Below are positions 11,835-23,250 of a stretch of DNA of 32,176 nucleotides, in pieces. Under the pieces are notes generated by a model. That model saw nothing but the letters and a program-made list of their open reading frames with translations. It ran no database searches and was not told where the DNA came from. Every line of letters begins with the position of its first letter. Within the stretch, counting starts at the first letter, position 1. Source of the stretch: Octopus bimaculoides (taxonomy: Eukaryota); NCBI RefSeq assembly GCF_001194135.2, contig NC_069003.1, positions 9,051,179 to 9,083,354 of the forward strand. The letters run 5' to 3'. The position numbers and the translations under genes are program-made.

Positions 11835-12105
11835 TTCATTTGTTTCAGTCATTTGACTGTGGCCATGCTGGAGCACTGCCTTTAGTCGAAAAAACTGATC
11901 TTAGGACTTATTCCTTGTATCGGTCTCTTTTGCTGAACCACTAAGTTATGGGGATGTAGACTCTACAACATCACTTGTCAAGCGATGATGGGAGGACAAA
12001 CACAGACCCAGAAAAATACACACATACACGCATGCATGCACACACACACACACATATATATGACAAGCTTCTTTCAGTTTCCCTCTGCCAAATCCACTCA
12101 CAAGG
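11835..12105 (-). mobile_element. SINE family A, CpG-decayed and 5'-truncated
   Basis: Aligns to 1877-2225 with many CG to TG/CA changes. Confidence 0.85.
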
Positions 12106-12147
12106 GGAAATTTCGAAGCTGGGTTCTCATTCCTAAGGTATTTATCG

Positions 12148-12148
12148 A

Positions 12149-12180
<32 letters not shown>

Positions 12181-12250
12181 TCACTGCCTGGAATTGAACT
12201 CGGAATCTTGGGGTTAGTAGCCTGTGCTCTTAACCACTATGCCATATGCC
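12148..12250 (-). mobile_element. Short tRNA-derived SINE or tRNA pseudogene with (AAT)n tail
   Basis: Minus strand reads GGCATATGGCATAGTGGTTAAGAGC...GAGTTCAATTCCAGGCAGTGACCTG followed by (AAT)n; A- and B-boxes present, no convincing acceptor stem. Confidence 0.7.
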
Positions 12251-12367
12251 TGTGGGCAATTATGGAATGAATTTTAGGGGCTTATAAATCTAATATAGAA
12301 CCGGAAGTTCAATTAGTTATTGAACATTCCTCTTACAATGTGAAATCTAGTTTGAGATCCAACTGAG

Positions 12368-12399
<32 letters not shown>

Positions 12400-12770
12400 G
12401 ACCCACGGCAAGATTTGAACTCAGCACCACAAGCAATCAAAACAATTATGCTGCTTTCCCACTGTTTACAGTACAAAACCAGCAACTAACCACTCATACT
12501 GATAATGCTATTTGCCTTGTTTTGGAGAAAAAAACAAACAGAAACAAAAAAAATTTCGAAATGTAATTAACTCTCCCAGATAAATATCCTTCCGTGGATA
12601 TCTTCGGAAAACATAATTTGTTTTGGAATATCCTTTCTCGAATGATATCTCATCTCATTATCGTTGAATTATTGTTCGAATAACTCAGAGATAACCAGAG
12701 GATAACGTTAAAATTTTACTTTAATTATGAAACCAATGAGATAGACCGGTCCAGGGAATGGAAGTTCAGC

Positions 12771-12774
<4 letters not shown>

Positions 12775-12836
<62 letters not shown>

Positions 12837-12838
12837 GT
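12775..12838. repeat. Near-perfect (TG)n of about 30 units
   Basis: Directly visible. Confidence 0.95.
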
Positions 12839-12977
12839 CTGTGTATTAGTCATTATAGTAACGAACTTAATTATTCAATACACTGTACAGCACAAGTTAT
12901 ATCTTATCTAAGGTTTCTATCAGCCAAGCCTCACAGTCTCATGACAAACTCTAGGTCAGGGTTTTTGAGGAATATTA

Positions 12978-13137
12978 GCAGGAGTGGCTGTGTGGTAAGT
13001 AGCTTACTTATCAACCACATGGTTCCGGGTTCAGTTCCACTGCTTGGCACCTTGGGCAAGTGTCTTCTGCTATAGCCTTCGGCTGGCCAAAGCCTTGTGA
13101 GTGGATTTGGTAGACGGAAAGTGAAAGAAGCCCGTCG

Positions 13138-13168
<31 letters not shown>

Positions 13169-13370
13169 TTGTGTGTCTGTGTTTGTCCCCCCAACTTCGC
13201 TTGACAACCGATGCTGGTGTGTTTATGTCCCCGTAACTTAGTGGTTCGGCAAATGAGACCGATGGAATAAGTACTAGGCTGACAAAGAATAAGTCCTGGG
13301 GTCGATTTGCTCGACTAAAGGCGGTGCCCCAGCATGGACGCAGTCATATGACTGAAACAAGTAAAAGAGT
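12978..13370 (+). mobile_element. Full-length SINE family A (tRNA head, body, internal (TA)/(TG)n, 3' block)
   Basis: A-box-like TGGCTGTGTGG, B-box-like GGGTTCAGTTCC; nearly colinear with 25958-26340. Confidence 0.9.
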
Positions 13371-13439
13371 TGTCCTTACGTGAAAGCTTGCCTTCTCTTC
13401 TCCAAACCAGTGACATTATCCTGACACTCCATTGGTTAG

Positions 13440-13665
13440 GACGACTGATCCAGTTGATCCAATCACATGAGATCAATGTGCAAGTGGCTGAGCACTCCAC
13501 AGACACACGTACCATTAACGTGGTTGTCAGGGAGATTCAGCATGATACAGAATGTGACAAAACTGGACCCTTTGAAATTACAGGTACAACTCATTTCTGC
13601 CAACTGAGTAGACTGGAGCAACATGAAATAAAGAGTCTTGCTCAAGGATGCAACACACTACTCTA
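13440..13665 (-). mobile_element. SINE fragment: family D central domain joined to family C-type tail
   Basis: CAAGTGGCTGAGCACTCCACAGACAC shared with 16246 and 26922; ACTGGAGCAACATGAAATAAAGAGTCTTGCTC is the reverse complement of the domain at about 5445-5480. Confidence 0.75.
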
Positions 13666-13679
13666 ATAAGTTTGTGTCA

Positions 13680-13835
13680 GTCAAATTCCACTACGGTTGA
13701 CTTTGCCTTTCATCCTTTCGGGGTCGATAAATTAAGTACCAGTTACACACTGGGAGTCAATGTAATCGACTTAATCCTTTTGTCTGTCCTTGTTTGTCCT
13801 CTCTATGTTTAGCCTGTTGTCGGCAATAAAGAAGT
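13680..13835 (+). mobile_element. SINE family B, second tail subtype, 5'-truncated
   Basis: Reverse complement of 4135-4290. Confidence 0.85.
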
Positions 13836-13854
13836 ACATATTTAATCCGTTTTT

Positions 13855-14050
13855 ATGTCTCGAGTTCAACTTTGCCTTTCATCTTTTCAGAGTCAGTAAA
13901 ATGAGTACCAGCGAAACACTTGGTGGGCGGGGTAATCGACTAGTCCCCTCCCACAATGTAATCGACTAGTCCCCTCCCACAAAATTTCAGGCCTTTTGCC
14001 TTTAGTAGAAAGATGATTATTATCATTATTATTATTATTATTATTATTGA
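13855..14050 (+). mobile_element. SINE family B with internal tandem duplication and (TTA)n tail
   Basis: Matches 822-1040; GTAATCGACTAGTCCCCTCCCACAA occurs at 13932 and 13958. Confidence 0.8.
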
Positions 14051-14429
14051 ACAAATCTCATTATCATAATTATTATTTATTGTCCTCAAAATACTTGATC
14101 CTGTCATTGCAGTCAGATTTCTTTGATATTATTTGTTAAATATAACTTTATTTTACAAAAAAAAAAAATGACCCCCCCCCCACCACTACTAAAAAAACAA
14201 ACAAAAAACCCCAAAAAACTTCTAAAAAAAAAACAAAGGCAGATTTATTTTGATATTTCTTTCTTCAGTTTTTGGTTTTCTGGGAAGTTTTCAAAAGTAA
14301 ACCACAATAACCTTTCTGAGAATTTATCACCTTCTGATATCACCTCCATGAATCACTTCCAAACATGCCGTGCAGTGGTTTAGAAAATCATGTTGCTCCC
14401 ACATGGCCACTACAGACTCATCACAGCCA

Positions 14430-15050
14430 TAGCAATAGTAGTAGTATTAGTAGTAATAGTGTTGGGGATAGTAGCAGTAGCTGCAGTAGTAGTAGTTGTA
14501 GCAACAGTAGCAATAGTAGTCACAGTAGCCACAAAAGTAGTTGTAGTAGTATTGGTAGTAGTAGGTCATGGTAGTGGTGGAGGTGGTAGTGGTAGTATTG
14601 GTGGTAGAAGTTGTAATAGCAGTAGTTGTAATAATGGTGGTGGTGAGAGTAGCAGTAGTGGTGTGGTAGTGGTACTGGCAGTAGTGGTGGTAGAAGTAGT
14701 TTGTAATAGTAGCAGTAATGCTGGTGGTGGTGGTAGTAGTAGAAGTAATTATGGTGGTGGTGGTAGTAGTAATAATGGTGAACGTTGTGGTAGCAGTAGT
14801 AGGAGTAATTATGGTGGTGGTGGTGTGGTGATAGTAGTAGTAATGGTGGTGGAGGTAGTAGTAGTAGTAATTATGATGGTGGTGGTAGCAGTAATTATGG
14901 TGGTGGTGGTGGTAGTAGTAGTTATGGTGGTGGTGGTAGTAGTAATGGTGATGGTAGTAGCAGTAATTATGATGGTGATGATGGTAGCAGTAGTAGCAGT
15001 AATTATAGTGGTAGTAGTAGTAGTAATAGTGGTGGTGGTGGTAGTAAGTA
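14430..15050. repeat. About 620-bp degenerate trinucleotide tract (GTA/GGT/GCA/AAT)n
   Basis: Directly visible; explains the poly-Val, poly-Ser and poly-His/Thr ORFs. Confidence 0.95.
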
Positions 15051-15588
15051 TGTCTATTTTTTAAAGAAGCCTTATTGGGCTGAGTCATGCCATAGTACCC
15101 CGCCTCTCCACCACCACCACCACCACACAGTACCCCACCTCCACCTTGCACACATTTGCAGTTCAAAATAAATGAAAAAAAATGTATACAATTAAAATTA
15201 ATTTTTAACGAAGCATTCGAAACATTTAACTTCAAATCTCTTTTAAATTGGCACCTTACATGTCTATCGAAATTAATTTTTAATTCTTTACTATTCAAAC
15301 ATGTTTGTCTTTTGGTGCTTGACGAAATTCGGTTTGTGGCAGAACAGTTAAGAAGTTGTTTTTCAGTCTTGTGGTTCCTGGTTCGGTTACCATTGTGCAT
15401 TTGTCTTCAACAAGAGTCTTACATGAGAACTTTAAGCTGATTAATGCATGCAAGCACATGCACACATGTGTAGATGTGGTTTAAATCCTGCTGTGTGGTA
15501 CTTGAAAGGCAAGTATCTTCTGTTTCAGCCTTGGATACACAGGCTTTTCGAGTGAAATACAATACACAGAATGCGCATGAAATCTAGA

Positions 15589-15621
<33 letters not shown>

Positions 15622-15684
15622 ATGCATGCATGAGAGAGACAAAGAGAGTGTATGTGGGTGCTTGTCAGTTGTTTGATTTTAACC

Positions 15685-16081
15685 AGTTGAGCATGTCCCT
15701 TGGTGGCTGACGATATGTGCATCTCTGATCACGAGCAGAAGTCGTGGCGGAGCATCATTGCCATTCGTTGAGAGCAATTCTTTGGAGTTTGAATAATTCA
15801 CCTCGGGAAACATGGGTGTTTTGTCCAACATCCTTAAACAATCCTTATTCAGGGACCTTTTGAGCAGGATGGGCTACTCAACCTGAAGAAAATTCTAACT
15901 GGGCCCCACCTGCGAGGTCATGCACTGTTTATCTCGATATGAAATCACCATGTGACGCACATATGGTTGTGATGCATGTGCCTAGTGTATCCTTATCAGA
16001 CAGGTAGTCATGATGGGTATATTGGGCTTCATGTATCTGTACCCCAGTGCCACTTTGATGGCATGCACTGCTCTCTCACTC

Positions 16082-16118
<37 letters not shown>

Positions 16119-16130
16119 GTAATGATAAGA
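15685..16130 (+). mobile_element. Probable 3' end of a non-LTR retroelement ending in an (AAT)n tail
   Basis: GC-richer non-coding block ending GGCATGCACTGCTCTCTCACTC then (AAT)n; recalled as an octopus interspersed repeat; single copy in this window. Confidence 0.45.
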
Positions 16131-16159
16131 AGAATATGAGCAAGAACACATTGGAATAA

Positions 16160-16542
16160 GTTGTTGTTGGCACTCCGTCGCTTACAACACCGAGGGTTCC
16201 AGTTGATCCGATCAACAGAACAGCCTACTCGTGAAATTAACGTGCAAGTGGCTGAGCACTCCACAGACACGTGTACCCTTAACGTAGTTCTTGGGGATAT
16301 TCAGCATGACAGTGTCACAAGGCTGACCCTTTGAATTACAGGCACAACAGATACAGGAAGTAAGAGTGAGAGAAAGTTGTGGCGAAAGGGTACAGCAGGG
16401 TTCGCCACCATCCCCTGCCGGAGCCTCGTGGAGCTTTAGGTGTTTTCGCTCAATAAACACTCACAACGCCCGGTCTGGGAATCGAAACTGCGATCCTATG
16501 ACCGCAAGTCTGCTGCCCTAACCACTGGGCCATTGTGCCTCC
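16160..16542 (-). mobile_element. Full-length tRNA-derived SINE family C with (AAC)n tail
   Basis: Minus-strand head GGAGGCACAATGGCCCAGTGGTTAGGGCAGC (A-box) and GTTTCGATTCCC (B-box); colinear with 26838-27270. Confidence 0.9.
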
Positions 16543-18197
16543 ACTACATTGGAATAACAACCCCAAAATAACAAGACGGTTGCGTCTGGAATGCCTTTGA
16601 TCCTTAAGTCTGTTTGATGAAGCCTAACCTTGGGCTAAAATTAACAAACAATGAATGAAAACAACACACTGCCACCACCGCACAGTATATATAAAATCCA
16701 CACACACACACACTATATTTATGCGTATATTATGCAGTGTATAGTGAATTCAAAAATAACTAATAAATAATTTTAATTAGTTTATCAAACATACCGGAAA
16801 CTGATTAAAAATACTATTCAGGAAATTGAAAGGGAAACTAATCCAGTGGGGCATGGGGGTGAGTGGGGTGGTGGTGCAGAAGGGGGAAATGTTGAAAGGG
16901 GTGGGAGGAGGAGGAGGAGGAGGAGAGAAAGATTATCTGTCTATCTGTCTGTGTTCATATAGGGACAGGGAATGAAAGAGACAGATAGGGGTACACACAC
17001 ACAAGGATGTATGTTCACAAGCATATATAAGTATATCTACATCCTCTATGTGTGTATGTATGGGTATACATGTATGTGTGTTTGTGTGTGTATGAGTGTG
17101 TATGTATATACACACTCCATTTCTTAACTCTTGTGTGTGTCTATATATATATATGTGTGTGTATGTCTGTATATATGCATATCNNNNNNNNNNNNNNNNN
17201 NNNNNNNNNNNNNNNNNNNNNNNNNNNNNNNNNNNNNNNNNNNNNNNNNNNNNNNNNNNNNNNNNNNNNNNNNNNNNNNNNNNNNNNNNNNNNNNNNNNN
17301 NNNNNNNNNNNNNNNNNNNNNNNNNNNNNNNNNNNNNNNNNNNNNNNNNNNNNNNNNNNNNNNNNNNNNNNNNNNNNNNNNNNNNNNNNNNNNNNNNNNN
17401 NNNNNNNNNNNNNNNNNNNNNNNNNNNNNNNNNNNNNNNNNNNNNNNNNNNNNNNNNNNNNNNNNNNNNNNNNNNNNNNNNNNNNNNNNNNNNNNNNNNN
17501 NNNNNNNNNNNNNNNNNNNNNNNNNNNNNNNNNNNNNNNNNNNNNNNNNNNNNNNNNNNNNNNNNNNNNNNNNNNNNNNNNNNNNNNNNNNNNNNNNNNN
17601 NNNNNNNNNNNNNNNNNNNNNNNNNNNNNNNNNNNNNNNNNNNNNNNNNNNNNNNNNNNNNNNNNNNNNNNNNNNNNNNNNNNNNNNNNNNNNNNNNNNN
17701 NNNNNNNNNNNNNNNNNNNNNNNNNNNNNNNNNNNNNNNNNNNNNNNNNNNNNNNNNNNNNNNNNNNNNNNNNNNNNNNNNNNNNNNNNNNNNNNNNNNN
17801 NNNNNNNNNNNNNNNNNNNNNNNNNNNNNNNNNNNNNNNNNNNNNNNNNNNNNNNNNNNNNNNNNNNNNNNNNNNNNNNNNNNNNNNNNNNNNNNNNNNN
17901 NNNNNNNNNNNNNNNNNNNNNNNNNNNNNNNNNNNNNNNNNNNNNNNNNNNNNNNNNNNNNNNNNNNNNNNNNNNNNNNNNNNNNNNNNNNNNNNNNNNN
18001 NNNNNNNNNNNNNNNNNNNNNNNNNNNNNNNNNNNNNNNNNNNNNNNNNNNNNNNGAGAGAGAGGTAAAAGATTTCAGAGGGAGGGAGAGAGAGAGAAAG
18101 AGAGAGAGAGAGAAAAGTGAGGGAGAAAACAGAAGAGCAGATAAGATAGTCACAAGCTCATATACACAGACATTGTGTATGTGCATGTGTGTATATA

Positions 18198-18840
18198 TCA
18201 TCATCATCATCATCATCGTTTAACGTCCGTCTTCCATGCTGGCATGGGTTGGATGGTTTGACTGGGGTCTGGGAAGCCAAGAGGTTTGCACCAGGCTCCA
18301 GTCTGATCTGGCAGAGTTTCTACAGCTGGATGCCCTTCCTAACGCCAACCATTCCGAGTGGGTGCTTTTTACGTGCCACCAGCACGGGAGCCAGTCAGGC
18401 GGCACTGGCATAGGCCACATTTGGATGGTGCTTTTTACGTGCTACTGGCACAGGAGCCAATCAGGGCGGGGAGGCTGGCATTGACCATGTTCGGATGGTG
18501 CTTTTTACGTACCACTGGCATGGGGAGCCAGTCAAGTGGCACTGACAACAACCCATGCATACATGATACTTATTGCCTGCCACTAGCATGGGAGCCAGTC
18601 AGGCGGCACTGGCATTGGCCACAACTACAATTCCATTTGATTGGGATTTTGATTTTACTTGACTCAATAGGTCTTCTCAAGCATGGAATGTCACCTGACG
18701 ATTCAAAGGTACTTTTTAAATGTGACATTGGCGTAGGCTATGGCTGTGAGCTCACTTTACTTGCCGGGTCTTCTCAATCTCAGAATATCTCCAGCATATT
18801 TTGTCATTGCGTCTATGAGACCCAATGTTTGAAGGTCATA
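18198..18840 (-). mobile_element. RTE-type LINE 3' end: last codons of the ORF, 3' UTR with a roughly 65-bp minisatellite, (GAT)n tail
   Basis: Minus strand encodes DLQTLGLIDAMT and, after a frameshift, IEKTRQVK*, resembling RTE C-termini (recalled); RTE-like tail motif GGCGTTAGGAAGGGCATCCAGCTGTAGAAAC on minus; four repeat units at 18361-18622. Confidence 0.7.
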
Positions 18841-18967
18841 TAGGGAGACAGAGAGAGAGATAGTGTGTGTGTATATACACACATGTATGTATACATATAG
18901 ATGTAGGTTTGTACATATATGTATGGATATATGCATATATTTATATATTATTATGTAAAATACACCA

Positions 18968-19208
18968 TTTCGAGCGTGGCCGATGCCAGTGCCTCCTGAC
19001 TGGCCTTCGTGCCAGTGGGATGTAAAAGCACCCACTACACTCCCGGAGTGGTTGGCGTTAGGCAGGACATCCAGCTGTAGAAACTCTGCCAAATCAGACT
19101 GGAGCCTGGTGTAGCCATCTGGTTCACCAGTCCTCAGTCAAATCGTCCAACCCATGCTAGCATGGAAAGTGGACATTAAACGATGATGATGATGATGATG
19201 ATGATGAT
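18968..19208 (+). mobile_element. Same RTE-type 3' end in opposite orientation, (GAT)n tail
   Basis: GGTTGGCGTTAGGCAGGACATCCAGCTGTAGAAACTCTGCCAAATCAGACTGGAGCCTGGTG is the reverse complement of about 18288-18350; ends ACATTAAAC(GAT)n. Confidence 0.85.
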
Positions 19209-19210
19209 AT

Positions 19211-19285
19211 GTAGTAAGCCTTCAACTGTCGCAGGTGGTATGTTCTAAAACCCCCCGTGGTAGGTAAAAATCCGCGAAGTAGAAA
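19211..19285 (+). mobile_element. Possible Tigger/pogo-like DNA transposon left end
   Basis: GTAGTAAGCCTTCAACTGTCGCAGGTGGTATGTTCTAAAACCCCCCGTGGTAGGTAAAAATCCGCGAAGTAG resembles recalled TcMar-Tigger termini; no partner end found. Confidence 0.35.
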
Positions 19286-19758
19286 ATGTTTTATTATTTT
19301 TATAATTTGTATATATTTATTTTATTATAAACCCAAAACAACACCATAGAGGAATCGATGTAAGCTTAAATAATAAACTGCAACAGATGAACCACAATAT
19401 GGCAAGGGATTACTGTATATACACACATATATACTAGCTTAAAAGATGCCAGGGTGCTTTAAAGCTAATATATAGCTTTTAAGCAACTGACCCTGAATGG
19501 GAAAATCTGCAAACAAATCTCTGACTTGTTTTGGAGAATTTGTTGCAATTGCTTCCTCCAGAGTCTTATCCCAATGATCATCATATTTGTTTAAACAAAT
19601 CATGTAAAAAGAAAATCACCGAAAACGATCGCAGTAATGGAAAGATATGAATCCAAAATTTCCGCATTGCAGGTCTGGATTTGGCGTGGAATGTTTTTAG
19701 TTTACTCACAGAGTTAGCCATTAGATTATAAAAATTGTTTATGTACAAAAAAAAATTT

Positions 19759-19812
19759 TGCTGTTGGTTAGACCTAGGAAGCTGCACCGCTTCCTAGGTC
19801 TAACCAACAGCA
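19759..19812. repeat. Perfect inverted repeat: 24-bp arms, 6-nt loop
   Basis: TGCTGTTGGTTAGACCTAGGAAGC-TGCACC-GCTTCCTAGGTCTAACCAACAGCA. Confidence 0.95.
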
Positions 19813-20152
19813 GTATTATTCCCTTCAGGGGACTGTCACATTAAGTTGACAGCATACAACTACTTCATCGTATCACTACTGCATAAATCTCTCTGAGAGA
19901 TTTAGAAATGTATTATTTCTAAAAAAAAATTTGTCGCAAAAAGTCACATTAAAAAAAATCGATGAAAACACTCATAGTAATGAAAACTTGGGAATCCAAA
20001 ATTTCAGGATTGTGGGACCAGATTCAGCCTGGAATGTTTTTAATTTACCCACGGAGTCAACCCGATTCCAAAAATGGGATGACATGTTGGGCTACGGCTT
20101 CTAGGAGTATAGTTGAAAAAGTGTGACACACTGACATTTATTATATTATATT

Positions 20153-20196
20153 AAGGTGGCGAGCTGGCAGAATTGTTAACATACCCAGGAGAAATG
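20153..20196 (+). mobile_element. SINE family B head only, truncated before (TA)n and an N-gap
   Basis: TTAAGGTGGCGAGCTGGCAGAATTGTTAAC. Confidence 0.7.
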
Positions 20197-20311
20197 TATA
20201 TATATATATATNNNNNNNNNNNNNNNNNNNNNNNNNNNNNNNNNNNNNNNNNNNNNNNNNNNNNNNNNNNNNNNNNNNNNNNNNNNNNNNNNNNNNNNNN
20301 NNNNNNNNNNN

Positions 20312-20348
<37 letters not shown>

Positions 20349-21074
20349 GGTAGGTAGGTAGGTATATAGCTAGATAGATATGCATACATACACACACACA
20401 CTCATACGTGTTGTTTGCCATAACTCAAAAATTTAACCTTCAATGAAATATTCAAAAGAAACATTTTCTCGAAAATGACTAAAACAAAACAACATGAACA
20501 ACAACGAAATTACAGTCTAAACAACAACAACACCGACGTAAAACATTTTGTCCTATCTTCCACCCATACAATTGCAAAGCATATTGGTTTACTTGAGCGT
20601 CTCATTGTTTTCGACAGGAGATAATTTATTCATCAAAATCAAGAAAAAAATAGAAGGTCAATCTAAATTAAGAAATTGTTACCCCTCCATTTTAATTATA
20701 TTTCATGTTTTTTTATTATTACCTTTTTTTCTTCTTTTGCAAAACAAATTTTCTAGTTGAGGGAGGAGTTTTTTGCGTTATTTTCCGGGGCCCATTTTTT
20801 AAAAATCTCTTGTACATTATCACATTTTCAATGTTTTTAATTTTTTTTTTCTGTTGCTGTGTTTGGTTTTGTCTTGTTTTCAGAGTTGTTTTAGTTTTCT
20901 GCATGTGTTAGAAATTACAAGAAGAAAAACAATAGGAAGAAATGAAACGATTTTAGCTGACGGCTGTGTTTGAAACCTGGTTTAACTTATCTACCTGGGC
21001 TTGGTGGGTACTTCGTTGAGGACATTCATTTGTTGGAGGAAATATTAGAGAAATACACACAAACCTTCTACATA

Positions 21075-21239
21075 AAGACACACATATTTATGTACATGTA
21101 TATATACACACACATACATTTATATACATATACGCACATACACATTTATATCCATATACATACGTATATACACATACATTTATATAATATTCATATATAT
21201 ACATTTATATAAATATATATATATATATACGTATTCATC

Positions 21240-21270
<31 letters not shown>

Positions 21271-21293
21271 GCACTTATATATATACGTATTCA

Positions 21294-21376
<83 letters not shown>

Positions 21377-21616
21377 GCACTTATATATACATATACATAA
21401 ATATATATACACACATATATATATAGACGCAAATTTATATACATATACATACACACACATATATACATATACATGCATATATATGCGTACACACATCTAT
21501 ATAGACATACATATATATATACATATATACACGTCTATCATATATAAACGCATTTATATACATATGTATATATAAATAAATATATATTTGTGGATGTATA
21601 TATAGACATGTTTATA

Positions 21617-21664
<48 letters not shown>

Positions 21665-21760
21665 CCTATGTGTGTGCATACATATGTATACATATATATG
21701 TACATACGTACATACATGCTAACAAATATACATACATACATACATACATACACATATCTA
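21075..21760. repeat. Long degenerate (TA)n/(TACA)n tract
   Basis: Directly visible. Confidence 0.9.
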
Positions 21761-22264
21761 NNNNNNNNNNNNNNNNNNNNNNNNNNNNNNNNNNNNNNNN
21801 NNNNNNNNNNNNNNNNNNNNNNNNNNNNNNNNNNNNNNNNNNNNNNNNNNNNNNNNNNNNNNNNNNNNNNNNNNNNNNNNNNNNNNNNNNNNNNNNNNNN
21901 NNNNNNNNNNNNNNNNNNNNNNNNNNNNNNNNNNNNNNNNNNNNNNNNNNNNNNNNNNNNNNNNNNNNNNNNNNNNNNNNNNNNNNNNNNNNNNNNNNNN
22001 NNNNNNNNNNNNNNNNNNNNNNNNNNNNNNNNNNNNNNNNNNNNNNNNNNNNNNNNNNNNNNNNNNNNNNNNNNNNNNNNNNNNNNNNNNNNNNNNNNNN
22101 NNNNNNNNNNNNNNNNNNNNNNNNNNNNNNNNNNNNNNNNNNNNNNNNNNNNNNNNNNNNNNNNNNNNNNNNNNNNNNNNNNNNNNNNNNNNNNNNNNNN
22201 NNNNNNNNNNNNNNNNNNNNNNNNNNNNNNNNNNNNNNNNNNNNNNNNNNNNNNNNNNNNNNNN

Positions 22265-22535
22265 ACTTAGGTCGCTGGGATCGTAGAATCGAGACAGTGA
22301 CGATCAAAATGAATGCCTCGCGCTTATATTGTTGTGTATTTTTACGTTCTAACATTATATTCTGTCGAAGCCGACCGAGTCTTTTGCTTTTCATTCCTTT
22401 TAAGGTTGATAAAACCAAAATATTAGTAATATGCTGGGCGCTATCTAATCAACTATAACTGATATCTAATCGGTTACGACGACAATTGTTCCAATTGAAC
22501 TAATGGATCCTTGTCGTCGGACGACGAAGAACCAT
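22265..22535 (+). mobile_element. Old, diverged family-B-like SINE
   Basis: TTTTACGTTCT...GCCGAC...CTTTTGCTTTTCATTCCTTTTAAGGTTGATAAAA resembles the family B central block. Confidence 0.5.
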
Positions 22536-23250
22536 TTATCTACCTATCTCTTTATCTTTCTATCAATCTATTCATTACTCCATCTAAATGTCTTTTGATC
22601 CAACGATCTATTTTTCCATTCACCCAAATATCTATTTATCTGTTTGTCTATCGATCTATCTATCTATCTGTCTGTCAATCTGTCTGTCTGTCGTTCTATC
22701 TGTCTATGTGTCTGTCTGTCTATCTATCCATCTATCTGTTTATCCATTTATCTGTCTATCTATCCACCTATCTGCCGATCTATCCACCTATCTATCTATC
22801 GATCTATCTATCCCTCTACCCATTCATCTGTCTCTCTATCACCTTCCTCTGTCTAACAACTCATATATTCAACCACCCATCTATCTATCTATCTGTATAC
22901 CTACCTACCTTTCTCTCTGTCTATTTATCTGTCTCTCTCTCTCTCTCTCGCTATCTGTCTGTCTATCTATCCATCCATCCATTCACCCAGCCATCAATCT
23001 GTCTATCCATTTATGTACCTGTCTACCCATTCATCCATCTATGTGTCTATTCACCTCACCATCCGCCTATTTATCTATCTTTTCTATCAATATATCTATC
23101 TATCTATTTATCTATCCCTCCATCTAGCTACCTATCTGCTTTTCCATCCATCTATCTGCCAATTCATGCATTCAACTATTCACACATCCTTCAATTTATC
23201 CATTCATTCCATCTACGCATTTACACATCTGTATATGAACCTGTCTGACT
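22535..23250. repeat. About 715-bp degenerate (ATCT/GTCT/CCAT)n tetranucleotide tract
   Basis: Directly visible; explains the 245-aa and 179-aa I/Y/L/S-rich ORFs. Confidence 0.95.

Noticed and set aside
12170-12250. tRNA-like sequences (also the heads at 5381, 16542 and 27270)
   Set aside because: They have A/B boxes but no complete cloverleaf and are followed by SINE bodies or (AAT)n tails, so they are not called as tRNA genes.
12575-12750. About seven GATA cores in 170 bp
   Set aside because: Only mild enrichment for AT-rich DNA and no independent support.
14390-15400. Long ORFs of 224 aa (+) and 317 aa (-)
   Set aside because: They are stop-free readings of a degenerate trinucleotide tract with no domain-like sequence.
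16933-18223. ORFs over 300 aa here and at 6032-7093, 21616-22458 and 29622-30965
   Set aside because: They run through N-gaps and microsatellites and are artefacts of translating N as X.
18361-18622. Regularly spaced repeats of about 65 bp that could suggest a CRISPR-like array
   Set aside because: The whole unit is repeated with no unique spacers, it lies in an RTE 3' UTR, and the context is eukaryotic with no cas genes.
20723-20898. Minus-strand open frame flanked by a good acceptor and AG|GTAATA donor
   Set aside because: The Lys/Gln/Thr-rich peptide is the complement of T-rich low-complexity DNA; splice-like signals are expected by chance in such sequence.
21229-21385. Duplicated ACGTATTCATCT(AT)n(AC)nGCACTTAT unit
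   Set aside because: Two length variants of one microsatellite locus side by side near gaps; most likely an assembly or allelic artefact.
22511-23248. 245-aa ORF
   Set aside because: Translation of the (ATCT)n-type tract.
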